Positions 1-13,350 of a stretch of DNA of 45,920 bases are shown in pieces. The position numbers and the translations under genes were made by a program. The stretch is from assembly GCA_910592345.1 (NCBI GenBank), contig CAJVPI010000176.1, positions 1 through 45,920 on the forward strand. Direction: 5' to 3'. The DNA is from Paraglomus brasilianum. Its lineage: Eukaryota. The notes under the pieces are model-generated. The model made no database searches and was not told where the DNA came from. It worked only from the letters and a program-made list of their open reading frames with translations. How positions within the stretch are numbered: the stretch's first letter is position 1; every line of letters begins with the position of its first letter.

Positions 1-3
1 AAA

Positions 4-75
4 TCTCTCGATAAGTCGGTTCTCTCGATAAGTCGGTCCATCATACATGACCGACTTATCGAGTTTGCCTGTGTA
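4..75. mobile_element. Probable end of a pogo/Tc1-mariner-like element (TIR plus subterminal repeats), cut by the window edge
   Basis: TCTCTCGATAAGTCGGT occurs twice in tandem (4-20, 21-37) and inverted as ACCGACTTATCGAG (50-63), followed by TTTGCCTGTGTA. The reverse complement CAGGCAAACTCGATAAGTCG resembles pogo-type TIRs. Confidence 0.5.
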
Positions 76-106
76 CTGTATTTTCAATCAACAATTCACT
101 TTTGTT

Positions 107-340
107 GTATTGATTCCGAACACTTTAGCACGGAGTTTCATATTTTTACAACACTTATCGTTGTTGATGCTGATCCTATATTGAGACAAACATGTCCTGG
201 AGACGATGAAGAAGTATTAGCTAGGTAATTTTATCGCTCCAGGACGCAATAGTCATAAAAATTGACCCAGTTTCTGAGACGAACTGACGTAATGTCGCAA
301 ACAAAAAAAAACTAACATAATGTTTTAAGTTTCAGCTGTG
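107..340 (+). repeat. Degenerate dispersed repeat, copy 1 (copy 2 at about 14536-14730)
   Basis: Collinear shared blocks GTATTGATTCCGAACA, TCGTT(G/A)TTGA(T/A)GCTGATC, GCTAGGTAA and GAACT(G/T)ACGTAAT. Confidence 0.65.
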
Positions 341-1407
341 AAACATTGACCGACGACCTTTCTCAATTCCGATTACGCAAATTTTTCGAACCAGACAATA
401 AGTTATTGCCTTTTGGTTTCTTGTTAACGTTGTCCTTGTTGTTTTGCGAGCTTCTTTATTTTTTCGCTTCAGGTTGTTTATTCGATGAGTTGCAGGATTG
501 CATTATGTAGGGCAGGGTTTATTTCCGTCAGAGTGGAGCTATTTAAAAGCTTGTTATTATTGGTTCGCTCTTATATCGAGCGTAACATTTTTTATATAAA
601 TTTTTTACAAAGAACGTATTAATATAAAAAATGGTTTGGGTTGAAAAAACTTTCTCTTATCTTTATCGAAGGTTTAACGAGTTTTACGGATTATGGATCA
701 GCAATATGACTTTGGCATAGTAATATTGATTATTATCTGTATCGATTTGTAACATGCAATCCGCAAGAGAGAATAAAGTCCTAAATTATAAAAAAAAAGT
801 TCCTAATAGCTGACTATTGAACCGTTCTTAAGCAAACCTAAATCTCCGCTTTTTGGACTTTTATTGCTACCAACAGCAAGCTCTTTACTTACTATACGTT
901 GACTTTTACACCAAGCAACACTTTTTTGTACTAAAGCTAAGGTGTCTTTATTGTAACTTTCGAAGGTCTATTTTCAACGGTATTGTCTTAATGTATAATG
1001 TTGCTACTTACGGTTGGTGTTTTGAGTTTCTGTTGGTAGAATGTGGTTTCTCATATGTCTCACATACGACGACTGTTAAGACTGCAAGTTTTACTTTCAG
1101 AAATAAAGATTCTGCCTGCAACAGTTATTATGCATAAACTTTTTATATTTGACTACGTATAACTGAAGGCCGAGTAGTTTGTAAAATAAAATACATGAGC
1201 AAGTTCATATCTAATACTTATAAATAATTGAATAACTCTTTCTTGTCTATCTAACGTTTTCCTGTAACTTTATTCTCAATAATGGGCTAAAGGCTACTTA
1301 CCCTCATGCTAAAGTCGGGGCTTCGTCACGTTTTTTCCGTAAGAAAGGTTCAACCCGTTTTTTTAGTAGCTGGGAGACGTATATGTTAGATCGCTTGGCT
1401 ATTAAAA

Positions 1408-1451
1408 GAGAATTGTATTTCCAGTTCTCGAGAATTGTATTTCCAGTTCTC
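1408..1451 (+). repeat. Exact 22-bp tandem duplication
   Basis: GAGAATTGTATTTCCAGTTCTC x2. Confidence 0.9.
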
Positions 1452-1657
1452 CAGTATTGGACTAGCGTTGACGAATACGCCGAGTAGACTTGCAGTTCGA
1501 ATTGTCAAAGAATGAAATTATGTGTCGAAATTGAGATAACTTCTAAGCAGTATAATATATATTATGATAATTGGTTGGTTATTTCATGACGTGATTATTT
1601 ATTTTATTGACTACCTGTTTGTTGAAAAGACGTCGAATATCTGAATAAGTTAATAAA

Positions 1658-2445
1658 CGTACGTGTGGTCGAAAAGTTTTGATCACGCGACTTTATTTCA
1701 CAAACGTAAATAATAATTTGTTTCAAAAATTTTACGCAAGCCTCCAAAATAGTTTTTTTAGCCGTTACAGCCGTCCCTTCCAGTTCTTGAAGAATTTACA
1801 ATAATCTTCTTTTGGATTGCTCTCAACAATTGCCTGGAAACCAACAATTCAGATAATTAACACTGTTATAACTCTTTCCGCCTGCTCTTTTTTAGCTTGG
1901 CAATAAGAAAAAGTTACAGGGAAACAAATCTAAACTGTAAGACTTCCTCTGTTGTAAAAAGTTTATGACTGAGTGATGCTTATGTGGCAGTGGTGCGTTA
2001 TCACAATAAAACATGACGTTTTACATTTGGTTAAATGTTTGTTACCTATAATGACAATTCCTATTTTTTTTTTTCTAATTTACGTATTGTTATATAATGA
2101 CTACTTCTGATTACAGCCTCTGAGCATAGTATTTTTTTTGTCCATTGTCAAATTATTCATCCACCGCCTAACTGTCATGATTGAAGTAACATCATTACCT
2201 CATGTATGTGACAAGGTTGATGAGCTCTCCCAGTAAGCACATTGGTAATTGAAGCCAGTGGTTTTGATGTCGAATTTTTAAAATTAAATTTCTCAAGAAC
2301 CAATAAGGAAATTGTAATACAGTTGGGTTTTTTTTTCAAGCAAAGTTTCGAACACGCACTTTATTTTGATCTTTTAAAGTTTTTCTACTGCATTTCCTTT
2401 TTAAGTAAAAATTAGACGATCAAAACTTTCGACCACCCACGTACG
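1658..2445. mobile_element. Non-autonomous TIR element (MITE), Tc1/mariner-like, about 790 bp
   Basis: Left end CGTACGTGTGGTCGAAAAGTTTTGATC and right end GATCAAAACTTTCGACCACCCACGTACG are near-perfect inverted repeats. The interior is AT-rich with no long ORF. Confidence 0.75.
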
Positions 2446-2584
2446 GTACAATATAACTTCTCCCAAACTTTTTATCACATTATTATTCTACTCGGTGTGG
2501 TACACGTTGATAATAAGGCCGAATGCTCGCTCTTGTGCAAAATTTTGTCAGTTATTGCGATAAACCGTGCGTGACATTGTAGCA

Positions 2585-2900
2585 CATGTGCGTAATATGG
2601 AATTGGCAGCAAGGTTTGTTGTACATTTAAGTAACGTTGTGATTGCCCTTTGGTGAACTGTGGTGATACATATGCAATGGAGAGAAGCGTCTGGGAATAC
2701 ATACTATATATATATATGAGTAGACGCGTGTTCGATCTCTTTCATCGGTTATGTGGTCGATAAATTGTGTCGTCGTTGCTTGAGGACTTGTTCGTGAGTT
2801 GTAGCGAACTGTCGTACGTGCGGAATGTGGAGTGGCGGCAAAGGTTTGTTCATTGTGTATTCAAGTAACGTTGTATTTGCGCTTTGGAGAAGAGAGGAGA
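2585..2900 (+). repeat. Degenerate direct repeat with about 230-bp spacing
   Basis: GTGCGTAATATGGAATTGGCAGCAAGGTTTGTT..TTAAGTAACGTTGT versus GTGCGGAATGTGGAGTGGCGGCAAAGGTTTGTT..TCAAGTAACGTTGT. Confidence 0.5.
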
Positions 2901-4413
2901 AGAGCGGTATGTGCAAATGGAGAGTAGTATCTGCGTCCTTCAAGTATAAATATGTTATCTATGCAGTAAAAATTATGGATTAGTTGTCCAATTACTCGAA
3001 ATACAATGTCAACATCAAAAAAGCTAAAGACATTATTAAATCACCAGTCTGCAGAAGAAACTTGGTAGTAGTAAACACCACTAAATTTACTCCAACAGTC
3101 ACGGGACGGGATTTGAAAGTGGGACTCGACATGCAAAATTCCATCCATGGCGGTAATGCACTTGCCAAAGATCTTTGTTTGAAGTTAGAATATCTTACCC
3201 TGTAATTATCTATTTCAATATGATAATAGTCAAACAAATTCACTGTAGGGGAGAGGGGAGGTACTATAAATAGTAATTGACAGCGATCGTACTATTGTCT
3301 CTACTACAATCTTATTCTATGATATGTACAACTTATCAAACAATAAAGAAATCTTTCCACTTCATTTGGCAAGAGCTTATGAGCACTTTTTAACTTACCT
3401 ACCTGCCAAATCTGTCAGGGGAGGTAAGCTGATGAGAGTACCCATAATTAAATTCACTTTGCACTTTGCACTTGGAAACTGGTTAATTTATTTGTGGTTA
3501 AGGGCTAAACACAACTTTATTTTTGCAACCTCTTTATTTCACACGTTTTGGTTTCAGTGCTTATCGAAACCGAATATGTTGAATTTACGCTACCGCGGGA
3601 GGTTTGAAATATCGACTACATTAATCTATAGGATACAGATCACTAATATTGCTAGTCATTAAAATTATACTTTAAAGAGAAAGCTTCTGTATATTCAGTC
3701 AGGCACGGTTCTTACGCTTAGTGTTCTGGGCGTTTTTTCTTACAAACCGGTCTAATCCAAAATTTGGAACGTGAACAACGCATTCTCATCCACATTGCTC
3801 ATCCGAGATAATCGGGTTTATACGCAGATATCCAAAGTTGTTTCGTTTTTAGGGCTCTTACCCTATTTCCTGCGCGACAACGTGTAAATCAGAGTTGGAA
3901 TTTGAGAATGCTACAAACACATAATTCGGTCGTCGAAGAGATTAGCACCGTTTACACGCTTTGAGAGTCATTATTATGAACACAATGCGTTGTAGGGTGA
4001 GACACGCAAATTCTTTTCTGCGTAAGGTGTTTCAGCGCAAGCAGGTACATTCCCGCTGAGACTTCTATTGTTTAATACTTTTGTCGTCTACCGCTCCCAA
4101 GCGTCAAATTAAAAGTGCGAATGACAATCCTTTGAATCATTTCTGTGGTGCTACCTTTTATGCTCATTTTATACATTAGGCATCCGCGTTATAAATGACG
4201 ATCTTTTGCGGTATAAAAACAATCCCCACAGAGTTTTTTACTTACCAAGGAATGGTGCGACATTTTCACGTGCCAGTGGACGATCGTCGCTGCATCGTAC
4301 CATGCCTTCATTCAGTTAGTGATAACCAACGTGCTTTCTCACAATTGGTTGCCGAGAATTTCATGAATCCAACATTTTATTGCAGTATTAGTATTTGTTC
4401 TCTTTTGATAAAA

Positions 4414-6165
4414 ATGACCAAGTGGCGGGTGAGTAAAATTCGAATCTCTTTGACGCCGTTAGACAAATATGTCTGATTTATTCATAATTTCTTAAGTGTT
4501 CCGCTCTCGTTATTCTTCCTTGATATTTATTCATTATTGCTCTCGAACTCTTTCTTTCCCATCACACTTCCGTCTTTCCAGATAACACTCTCAAACATAC
4601 CCCAAACGGTAAAGTTCCTAGCCTTATTAAATGTATTTACATCCGCCCTCGGAGGAATAATACGCGTGCATCGATGGTCATCAGATTCCGAATACCCTGA
4701 ATCCGACCCTTATCTAAATGGTATAGCAATAATTCCTGGTACTGCTATATGGAATTTCTGGACTTTTGTCACGGCTGGATTTTTAGAGACGAGTTTGACT
4801 AGTGTGAGTAGATTTCGAGATGAATATTAAGGATTGTAGAGAAAAGTTGATAGAGAATTAGTTACATTGAATGTAAAATACAGACTTGAATTACGCACAG
4901 TTATCGATGTTTGTTACAATGTGATCTTATCGGTTTTAGTTTGTAGCGAGTACAACAACAATGCTTGCGGCTGGAAAATACTTTGGACGTGTTTGGGGCT
5001 CAAAAGAATTTTTGAAATTCGTTGCTATTGTGATCATTGGCGCTAATATGGCGAGTTCCTTCACTTACCTTGTTGAATATTATATAACCGGAGACATTGC
5101 TTATCTGTAAGTTATACTTGATTGCCATAACAATACGACTATAATACGATATTAACGTTGACACTGTTACTACTATTGCTCACCCTAGATATGCAACTCA
5201 AATAAATGGCCAGATTGGCCTAATCCAGGGATTTCTTGTTTCTTATAAACAACTCATTCCCGAACATTTATTCAAAGTATTTTCAGGAAGCGTAGCAATT
5301 CGAGTAAAGGTATGTTTTGATATTATACTTGATACTGGAATTTCCAAACGATTGATCACTTATTAAAGCCCTCCTTTATGTCTCATTTTTTAGCATTTTC
5401 CAAGCATTTTTATAATCACGAGTTTAATATTCTTCATATTATTCGAAGCCCAATCACAATTTTTACTGGTCATGTACGGCTGGCTGATATCTTGGACTTA
5501 CATAAGATTTTTCAAGGTTCAAGATGGTATACGCGGTGATCGGAGTGAGACTTTCTCTTTGGCAAGCTTCTTCCCCGAGATGCTTCAGTATGTACATCTT
5601 TACATGTTCGTTGTGTTATCGATGTTATTTGCTTGCATGGCAGGTTTTAAATGACTTGATATTTTTAGACCACCAGTGAAGGTCGTATCTTCGATAATAT
5701 TTAACTTTCTGGTAATGTTGAGATGTTGTAAACCAATACAAAGGAAGAGACTTGGTCACGACCTTGGAGGTTATAATCCAAGATTAGCGCCAGCTATGCC
5801 TGGCAGTGCACGAGCGGAGGCTGAAAGACGAAGGTAAGTTTAACGTAGTATATATTCCAACGTCATACAATCCAGAGAATCGCCTCAACTTTAATGACAC
5901 TTTCTATATAAAATCCAGAGCTCTAGCACTAAAGGCTCTCGACAAGCGATTACAGGCAACATCGAACAAATTACCTCGCACCAGTCGTTTTGATTCTTCT
6001 TCAAACCTGCCGTCCTCTCCTCCTCCACCTCCCTTATCGGTAAATACCCCGTCGACTGCATCGGCACCTAGACCGGGTGAAGTCTCAAATCCGGTGTTGT
6101 TTGATACCAATCAAAATGATGGCAGCAAGAATGCTATTGGGAATGCTGGAAGTAACGGAAAATAG
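4414..6165 (+). CDS. TMEM115: TMEM115 / DUF1751 rhomboid-like Golgi membrane protein (about 7 exons)
   Basis: Spliced translation MTKWR|ITLSNIPQTVK..FWTFVTAGFLE..GKYFGRVWGSKEFLKF..GFLVSYKQLIPEH..GWLISWTYIRFF..GDRSETFSLASFFPE..AEAERRR|ALALKALDKRL. GT-AG introns, the first at 4429-4581. Confidence 0.9.
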
Positions 6166-6668
6166 GTTAAAATAGTAAATTGGTTATTGGGAAGAACATT
6201 TAGAAAACGAGTGCTGGGTATAGAGGGAAAGAATCGCATGTTCTTTCTTATTCATTAGACTAGGATTGTTTAATAACATCTCACAGCAATTTAGCCATCT
6301 AATTATGAATAATCTGCTTTGATGTGAGAATACCATGAGACGACATACAGTTGATCGAATTATATATGATTGCTTTGCGTTAGCTTTGGATAAAAATAGC
6401 TTGGTCCACTTTATTCTGTGTACACTACCAGTTTGACATTCCATTTGCGTGAACATTATAATATACTTCTTTTCTATATTTGAACGCTTAGTTCTTGAAT
6501 GGATTTGATTAATATAATTAAAAAGTACCAGTAATTTATGGATTATGGGTCTACCATTATGAATTATACTATTACTATTTATAACGAGCATTTTGACCAT
6601 GATCTAGTAATCTAAGTAGTCGATGACCTGATAAATATAAACAGGTTCCTTCTAATCTATATACCACA

Positions 6669-9600
6669 CTACTGCTTGAGATTTGCAACTTCTTGTTGAT
6701 TAAAATCGATTCTACCAAATATGTAAGAATTACATTAGAATCTTGCTTAATGCGAAAACGATTTAGTTCAGAGAGGGAGAATTTGGCCTACCTCAACCCA
6801 AGAACTTTTTTTACTTCTGCAACAGTCAACCGCCAAGTAACTCCACTGCTTGAACCCCAATAATCGTTTATTTCCGACAACTGTGAATACAAAGTTGATA
6901 AGATTTAGAACAATAAGCCTTTTATACTTTGGTAACAACATTATTAACTGATTAATTTACCACTTCGAGATTCAACAGCATTGAAATCTGATTAAGACGT
7001 GTAAATTTATCACGCACAGGTCCCTGAACGTTTCTCGTAAAGTAGCTGAGCACTGCACGTAAATCCTTGTCAAATCGAAGAGCTCCCAGCTGGTTTAAAG
7101 ATTGGATGCGTTAGAAACCTCATTAGCAAAAGTGTTTGTGAATTAATAGCAGCGGAATGGTGGCTTGATTATTACACTTGCCTGATTAAACTTGGTAGCA
7201 GATATCGTCTTTTCTAGCATATTAATAGTTGAATCCATGATAAGTGTCATAATATGGTTATAGTTATTATTGGTAAATCGGGTCTAAATGCACAGAATAA
7301 ATCAGTTGGATTAAAAGAACAAATGAGAACATTTAATTACACACGCCAACTATAAATTGTTATAATCATACTTTATACAACTGTTGAAGACTGTTAAATC
7401 CATTGACAAATCTTCTACCGAAAAAGTCGTTTGCCTCCAATTCGTGATACTCTTCCTCTTCGAGAACGTATTTAACATCACGATATGCTTCTTGTAGTAA
7501 TGGACGGATACGTGGTTTTACCGTTTGTCCGAATAATTGATCTAATCCGCTCTATAAACAACCAATGCATAGTGTCGTCAGTATTCCGTCACATTAATCT
7601 AAACTACATGAATATACGTTTGATATTTAAATTTGGTTCTATTGTGGTCCGATTTAGCGTACCTCTAAAATCTGTCCAAATTTCCCGGTTGCAGAGTCTT
7701 CCAACCATGCCAACAATGTACGGATCTTTTCGATGTCTTCCTCAGCAATAAGAGATGTCAAACTACTCAATGTGTCTTGTTGGAGTTCAGTCGAGAGTCT
7801 TTGAAAGTAAATACAGCTCATATCAAGATTATTCAGCAGTATCTACGACGAGAACAAACAATTAACAAAGTGCGGCGATGTAATGAAATCAACATTTTTT
7901 ATTTCCCAATAGTTTTTCACTCACCATGAACCGGATGCGGGCGTCTTCGGCATCATTGGATGTGAATAGAGTAGACAGTCGTTTGTGAATAACGCTCGTG
8001 TAATCGGTTTCCAGATAGTGATTAACACTGTTGGCAAATGACGATATTACATCGACATCGGAAGTCATGATTGCTCGTTGAATACATCGGTTGATAACAA
8101 AGAATACATCGTCGACGCAACTGGATGTACGATGGCTTTCATCGTACTCATCTATTGCCATTGCCTGTTGGTGGTATGGTTGAACACGCGAGCAATGTTT
8201 TAATGAGAAGATTAGCAAATCAGTAACATCAATAACAATTGAATATAGCCTTACCTTCTTCATTGATCTCCGAAGATAGAATACTTCAATTAGCAAGTAG
8301 TCTTCCATCAACTCGCGAAGTTGTTTGCACAGACCACTCGAATTGAACAACCCGTCAACGTTAAATGCGGCATCCTTTTTTTGGACTTTTAATAAATCGA
8401 GTTCACTCTAGCATTGGGAGGAGCGAAAAATGACGTTATCATGGGATGTAAGATTTCTATAGATGCTAATAGGCACACGTGGTATCTTAATGTTAATGTT
8501 TTTACCTTCACTTTAGATCTTATGAACTGAAAGTATAAATGAGTATTCTGACTGATTGTAGCCAGCTCGACTAGTATGGCATCAATCTCTCTTGGATCTG
8601 GTGCGTTATCGTTTTCCTTTGCTTGGTTTGATCTCTGGGAGGCGAACGAGAGTCTGGCAGTATTATTCGATGCTCTAATGTCAGATACCTACACACAGAA
8701 CAGCGCATACCAACGTCAGTAAAACATGATTGTGTCATAATTGAAAAATAATGATGTCAATTGAACCCGACCTTTCTCTGCACATGTCTCTCGTCTATGA
8801 ATGAATTCAGAATAATTCTACTTTGCCTATCGCATTCCTCTTGCAACCTCTCAATAACTCTAATCATTTTCCCTGGACCATAGTGAGTCTCGACCACTGG
8901 CTGATGCTGATTTATTATTATAGCTATGTTTTCAAAGAGTTTCTTGATTGTTTCTGCGTAAAACTTGGCTCCAGAAGCTAATTAGCGGAAGGCGAAAGAG
9001 TATTGAATAAGTCGTTGTATATATGGAATAACATAATACATATACTAACATCATATACGTCATACATACCATCTTCCGCTAAATTAGTCTGACTCCTCCC
9101 AGCAATAATCCCACAAACAAAATTTGAATACTTGTCCAATCCCTCAGTCTCCCTCCCAATCAACGGGAATAGCCTAAAGAACCTACTAATCTCGCTCTCG
9201 CTTCTCGCTTGCACAGCCGTATCGAATTCCCGTGAAAATATAGCATACAAGGTCTCCATTGAATCGTGCAAAAGTTTTTGCGGTATATCAGGATGTTCGC
9301 CAGTCGGTATTGCTACCTCGGCAAATTTCCCGGTGAGTATCTTCTCATCGATCGTCGATGTCCTGTGAACATACACTGCTGCCGTCTCGTAATCGCGCTT
9401 TTGCATCGCATTATAAATTCCATTGATACAAGACTTGAGCTCTTGGACGTCTTCAACTTGTTTTATCGATAGCTGCACCCGTGATTGTTCTAAATCCAAT
9501 TGCCTAACTTGAGCCGATATCCTCTCTGCTACTTTCGAAGTAGTATTTATTATTTTCACTAAATCGGCTGATTTTGAGTGTAATGTTCCTAATTGTGGTC

Positions 9601-9820
9601 GTAAAGCCTCTAATTTGTCTAATTCTGTTTCAAGATATGTTCTTTTGTCTAATAAAGCGTCCAAGTCAACGTCTACTTGATTTTCTTCTAGATCTAATAA
9701 TCGAAGATATTCTTGAATATCATCTATGTTGGTAAGCGACTGAAGTTGAGATAGAGAGAGTTCGGATGGATTTACAGATATTGATGGCGGAGTAAATTGA
9801 TTAGTATCTGCCGGCATCAT
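6669..9820 (-). CDS. COG4: Conserved oligomeric Golgi complex subunit 4 (about 11 exons)
   Basis: [89 protein letters not shown] and the C-terminus [28 protein letters not shown]. Confidence 0.95.
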
Positions 9821-9944
9821 GTATGGAGGGAGGGGTAGGGTAAGAAAAAGGTTGGGACATGGAAAGTAGTCTAAACGATTGATCTTCGAAAATTTCTGTT
9901 CTACAAATAAAAAGCATTGTATTAATACTTATTTATTTGCTCAC
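9821..9944. promoter_or_regulatory. Very short bidirectional promoter region between COG4 and the CobW-like gene
   Basis: The divergent ATGs are only about 124 bp apart (9820 on -, 9945 on +). Confidence 0.55.
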
Positions 9945-11299
9945 ATGGATGTTCATTCATCTTCTACGACTACAATGCAATCAGAACCAAAACAGATTCC
10001 TATTACAGTCTTCACTGGATTTCTTGGAGCAGGAAAAACAACTATAATCCTGTCCTTAATACCACACCTTCCCAAAGATTATAAACTATGTCTGTTGAAA
10101 AATGAGTTTGGGGATATTGCAGTCGACAGTGAATTGGCACGGGAGAGTAATGTATCGGTACAGGAGATGCTAAATGGGTGTCTATGTTGTGTGTTGGTGG
10201 GCCAGATGAAAAATGCTTTGACCGAACTCAAAGGTAAAAGTAAAGAGTCCGCCAGGATGAGAATTATTCGTGGTAATCTAACAGATCTATCCTTCGTCTG
10301 TAGAAAAATATAATCCTGATAGAATTATTATAGAAACGAGGCAAGTATTTCAGAGATATCCTAATTGTTTGAGAAATGAATGTTAGTCTTGCAAATTTAC
10401 CCGCTCTGACTTTTGCGCAATTTTCTTCATTCAGCGGTTCAGCCTTTCCGGGTATGCACGAGGCGATTACATCCAATCTTCTATGGTCATCAATACATTT
10501 ACTAATTTGAATATTATCTAATTCATTAAGCTCCAATTGCCTGGCAAATACGTGAAATGAACTCAATGGGCTTTGTATTAGACAGTATTGCTACCGTGAT
10601 TGACTGTGTCAATTTCTCTGGATATGAAGACACAAGCTATACTGCCAAAATGCAAGCACAGTATACAGACGTTATATTGCTCAATAAATGGGAAATGGTG
10701 AGGACCTATTCATATATCATATCAGAAATAGTCTCATTATACTATTTTAACACGCGCATTTCCTATATTAGGTCAACGAATACCAGTTGGATGTAGTAAT
10801 TGATCACATTAATGAATTAAACACAGATACACCAAAAATTAAATGCTGCAAGGATAGTGGAGTATCTCCAGATATCATTTTTGGCATTGATACAACCCTT
10901 TTTTCTCTTTCTTCCAAAAGCATTTCAATAGACACTGATCTTTCCCATCATCGTAATGAAGTTGATCTTATTCAAATAGTTATTCCTTCGAACATTACAT
11001 CATACGATATCCATTCTAAGGACACGTTTGAAAATTTTCTAGCCTCTCTTCCCAAAGATGAGGTCTATAGAGTTAAAGGATTAATTAAATTGAAAGATGA
11101 AAATGATGTAGAAAATGTATGGATAGTCAATCATGCATTTGGAAGACACACTATGGTAAAGATCAATGAGAAACAGAGAGGAGAGGGGATTATATTGAAA
11201 TTGATATTCATGGGTGAGTTGAGGACGCATTTGGATAAAGTAAAAAAAGCACTTGATGTTAATGATCAATGTGTTAAAGTACACTATGCACACAGATGA
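9945..11299 (+). CDS. CobW/COG0523 (G3E P-loop) putative zinc metallochaperone GTPase, 5 exons
   Basis: IPITVFTGFLGAGKTT (Walker A), NEFG, NGCLCC (CxCC), IIIETSGSAFPAPIAWQIRE rebuilt across exons 10304-10340 and 10435-10451, DVILLNKW and VYRVKG. Confidence 0.93.
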
Positions 11300-12599
11300 A
11301 TTCAAAATAAACGTTGGGAGTCTACTTGTGATACGATTATATTAATCACATGAACGAATTTCTGGTAAAATCTAATCCATATTAATCTTGCGATTACTAG
11401 TAGACTTGGTTATAAAAAGAGGGCACATTAGCACTTCCTACAGTAACAAAAAAGATTATATGTGCTTAATCGACTAGCGACATTTTTAAACGACGTATAT
11501 ATTGCTATACTTTTCTAATCACCATTGATTGAACTGACGAGGAAGGTAGCGTCTGTTCTCGTAGCCATGATTACTATGTTGTCTTTCTCAATCCAAGTTT
11601 ATGCAGTAAACAATAATTAGTCGAAAATGAATATAAGAGAAAAAGTCCTTACTAATAATGCGGATCAGAATTTTGCATACTGTATACATATAAATGTATC
11701 GAACAAACAACATGATAATATATGACAAAACGAAGACAAGAATTACTGTAGCTACTTGTTAACATTGTTTATTGCCACATAAGTTAGCGACCTAAACTCT
11801 TGAGTAAACTTGTAATTTACAGTTAATTTACAGTGTACGCGAGTCTATTCAAAGGATTTACCTTTTCCAATTAAATTGCGTATGTATGTAAATCGATACC
11901 GGCCGAATTAATATATTTCATGAGTCCTACTTGCAAGCTGGAGATTGGTGCGCAATGTACATTGACGTGATTTGTCGATTGTAAACCAACAAAATTAACC
12001 ATGAAGCAAGTACAAATAATCTACACAGATTAACTGTCGTTTATTGCATTGGAATTGGATAGTTTTGCGCTGGATTTGTACTGATGTTTTCCCTACTAAA
12101 TTAGGTACGCGTGTCAACGACAACACTGCAAATCGTGTTTACTCTGATTACAAAAACTCACTGTACTCGCAGTGAGAAACGTATTGCCAAGGACGTTCGA
12201 TTTATACAGCAAACTGTTTATTTATCTAATAAACCCAATTTTTAGAATATTTATTAAAAATATTGTCTTTCTCCCATGTGCAGTATATTTTTAAGAGTCC
12301 CCTTTATTAATGCAAGAAAGAACAATAAAAAAGTCTAAATGTTATATTAGAATGGCTGATTAATATTATTTGAATACACATTAATTGATATCGCAAATAC
12401 GACATACACGTACGTGATGTTACATAATTAATCTATCTGGATAAACACGATATTCAAGAGTTTCTCAGAGGGACACGTTTCCCACAATTATTTGTTTGCC
12501 TGTAAAAAGCTGTCTTTTACCAACTACATAATTTCACTATTATCTAACCTTATCTCCACAATAAGTGATATTCTCACTTTTAATAAACTGGTCATCAAC

Positions 12600-13350
12600 G
12601 ACAACGACGACTGGTGCATGTGATATCATTTGTTTCTGGGATGTCTGACCCCTTAGCTGAGCCTTCGAGGTACTGTATGTCAAGGCATCTTTGGCTGCCC
12701 CCTGCGGCTCATACCAGCGTGCTATTGACAACAGGTAAGTTGATGCTGCAGACCTTCGAAAACTGTGCTTTCCTTTTTGTCAATGACTTCCACTTTATTG
12801 GTTTTTCAGGATCAAAGCTCATATTACTGCAACCCAATGGTATATCATCACTGATTTTTGAATGTAAATGTTCCAAGTTAAATACATTATCTGACATAGC
12901 ATTAAATGCTGTCTCTGAAGATTATCAGTAAATGATGATTTACCAATTAATGGATGATCAATAGACTCATCCATAATATCATCAGGAGTATCTGGAAGAG
13001 TGAATTGTATTAGTAATTGTAATGTTGCCATGAAGTGTCAAAGATGTTGCCTGATTTAAATATCAAATGTTGAAATGATTCCGTTCTTCCATTATTATAA
13101 TGATATTGTCCCTTGGAGTATTTTTGACACAGGGTCTGATGATGTGCTTGCTCCAATTTAAGTCGATTTTCATGCCATTTGCTATAAGAAATAACTTTTG
13201 CACCATAAAGAATTTGTCTCAAGTATGGCAATAGCTTTGGTTTCTGATGACATGATATGGGTGAGCCAAATTTTCATTCCAAGGAATGCAATTGTCAGTA
13301 TCATGGAGACAAATAAAGTAGTTGTTCATGTTATTTGATCAGTGTCAATA
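12600..13350 (-). pseudogene. Fragmented ORF remnant of unknown family (likely TE- or repeat-derived)
   Basis: Chain of overlapping short minus-strand ORFs in shifting frames, with CpG depletion. No family recognised. Confidence 0.3.

Noticed and set aside
3650..4300. Possible small minus-strand gene or ncRNA divergent from TMEM115 (ATG plus a GTAAGT donor near 4245; a U6-like GAGATTAGCA near 3940)
   Set aside because: No in-frame exon chain could be built, and no complete snRNA, RNase P/MRP or telomerase-template motif set was found.
6184..6600. 138-aa minus-strand ORF
   Set aside because: It lies in the shared 3'UTR space of TMEM115 and COG4 and has no recognisable motifs.
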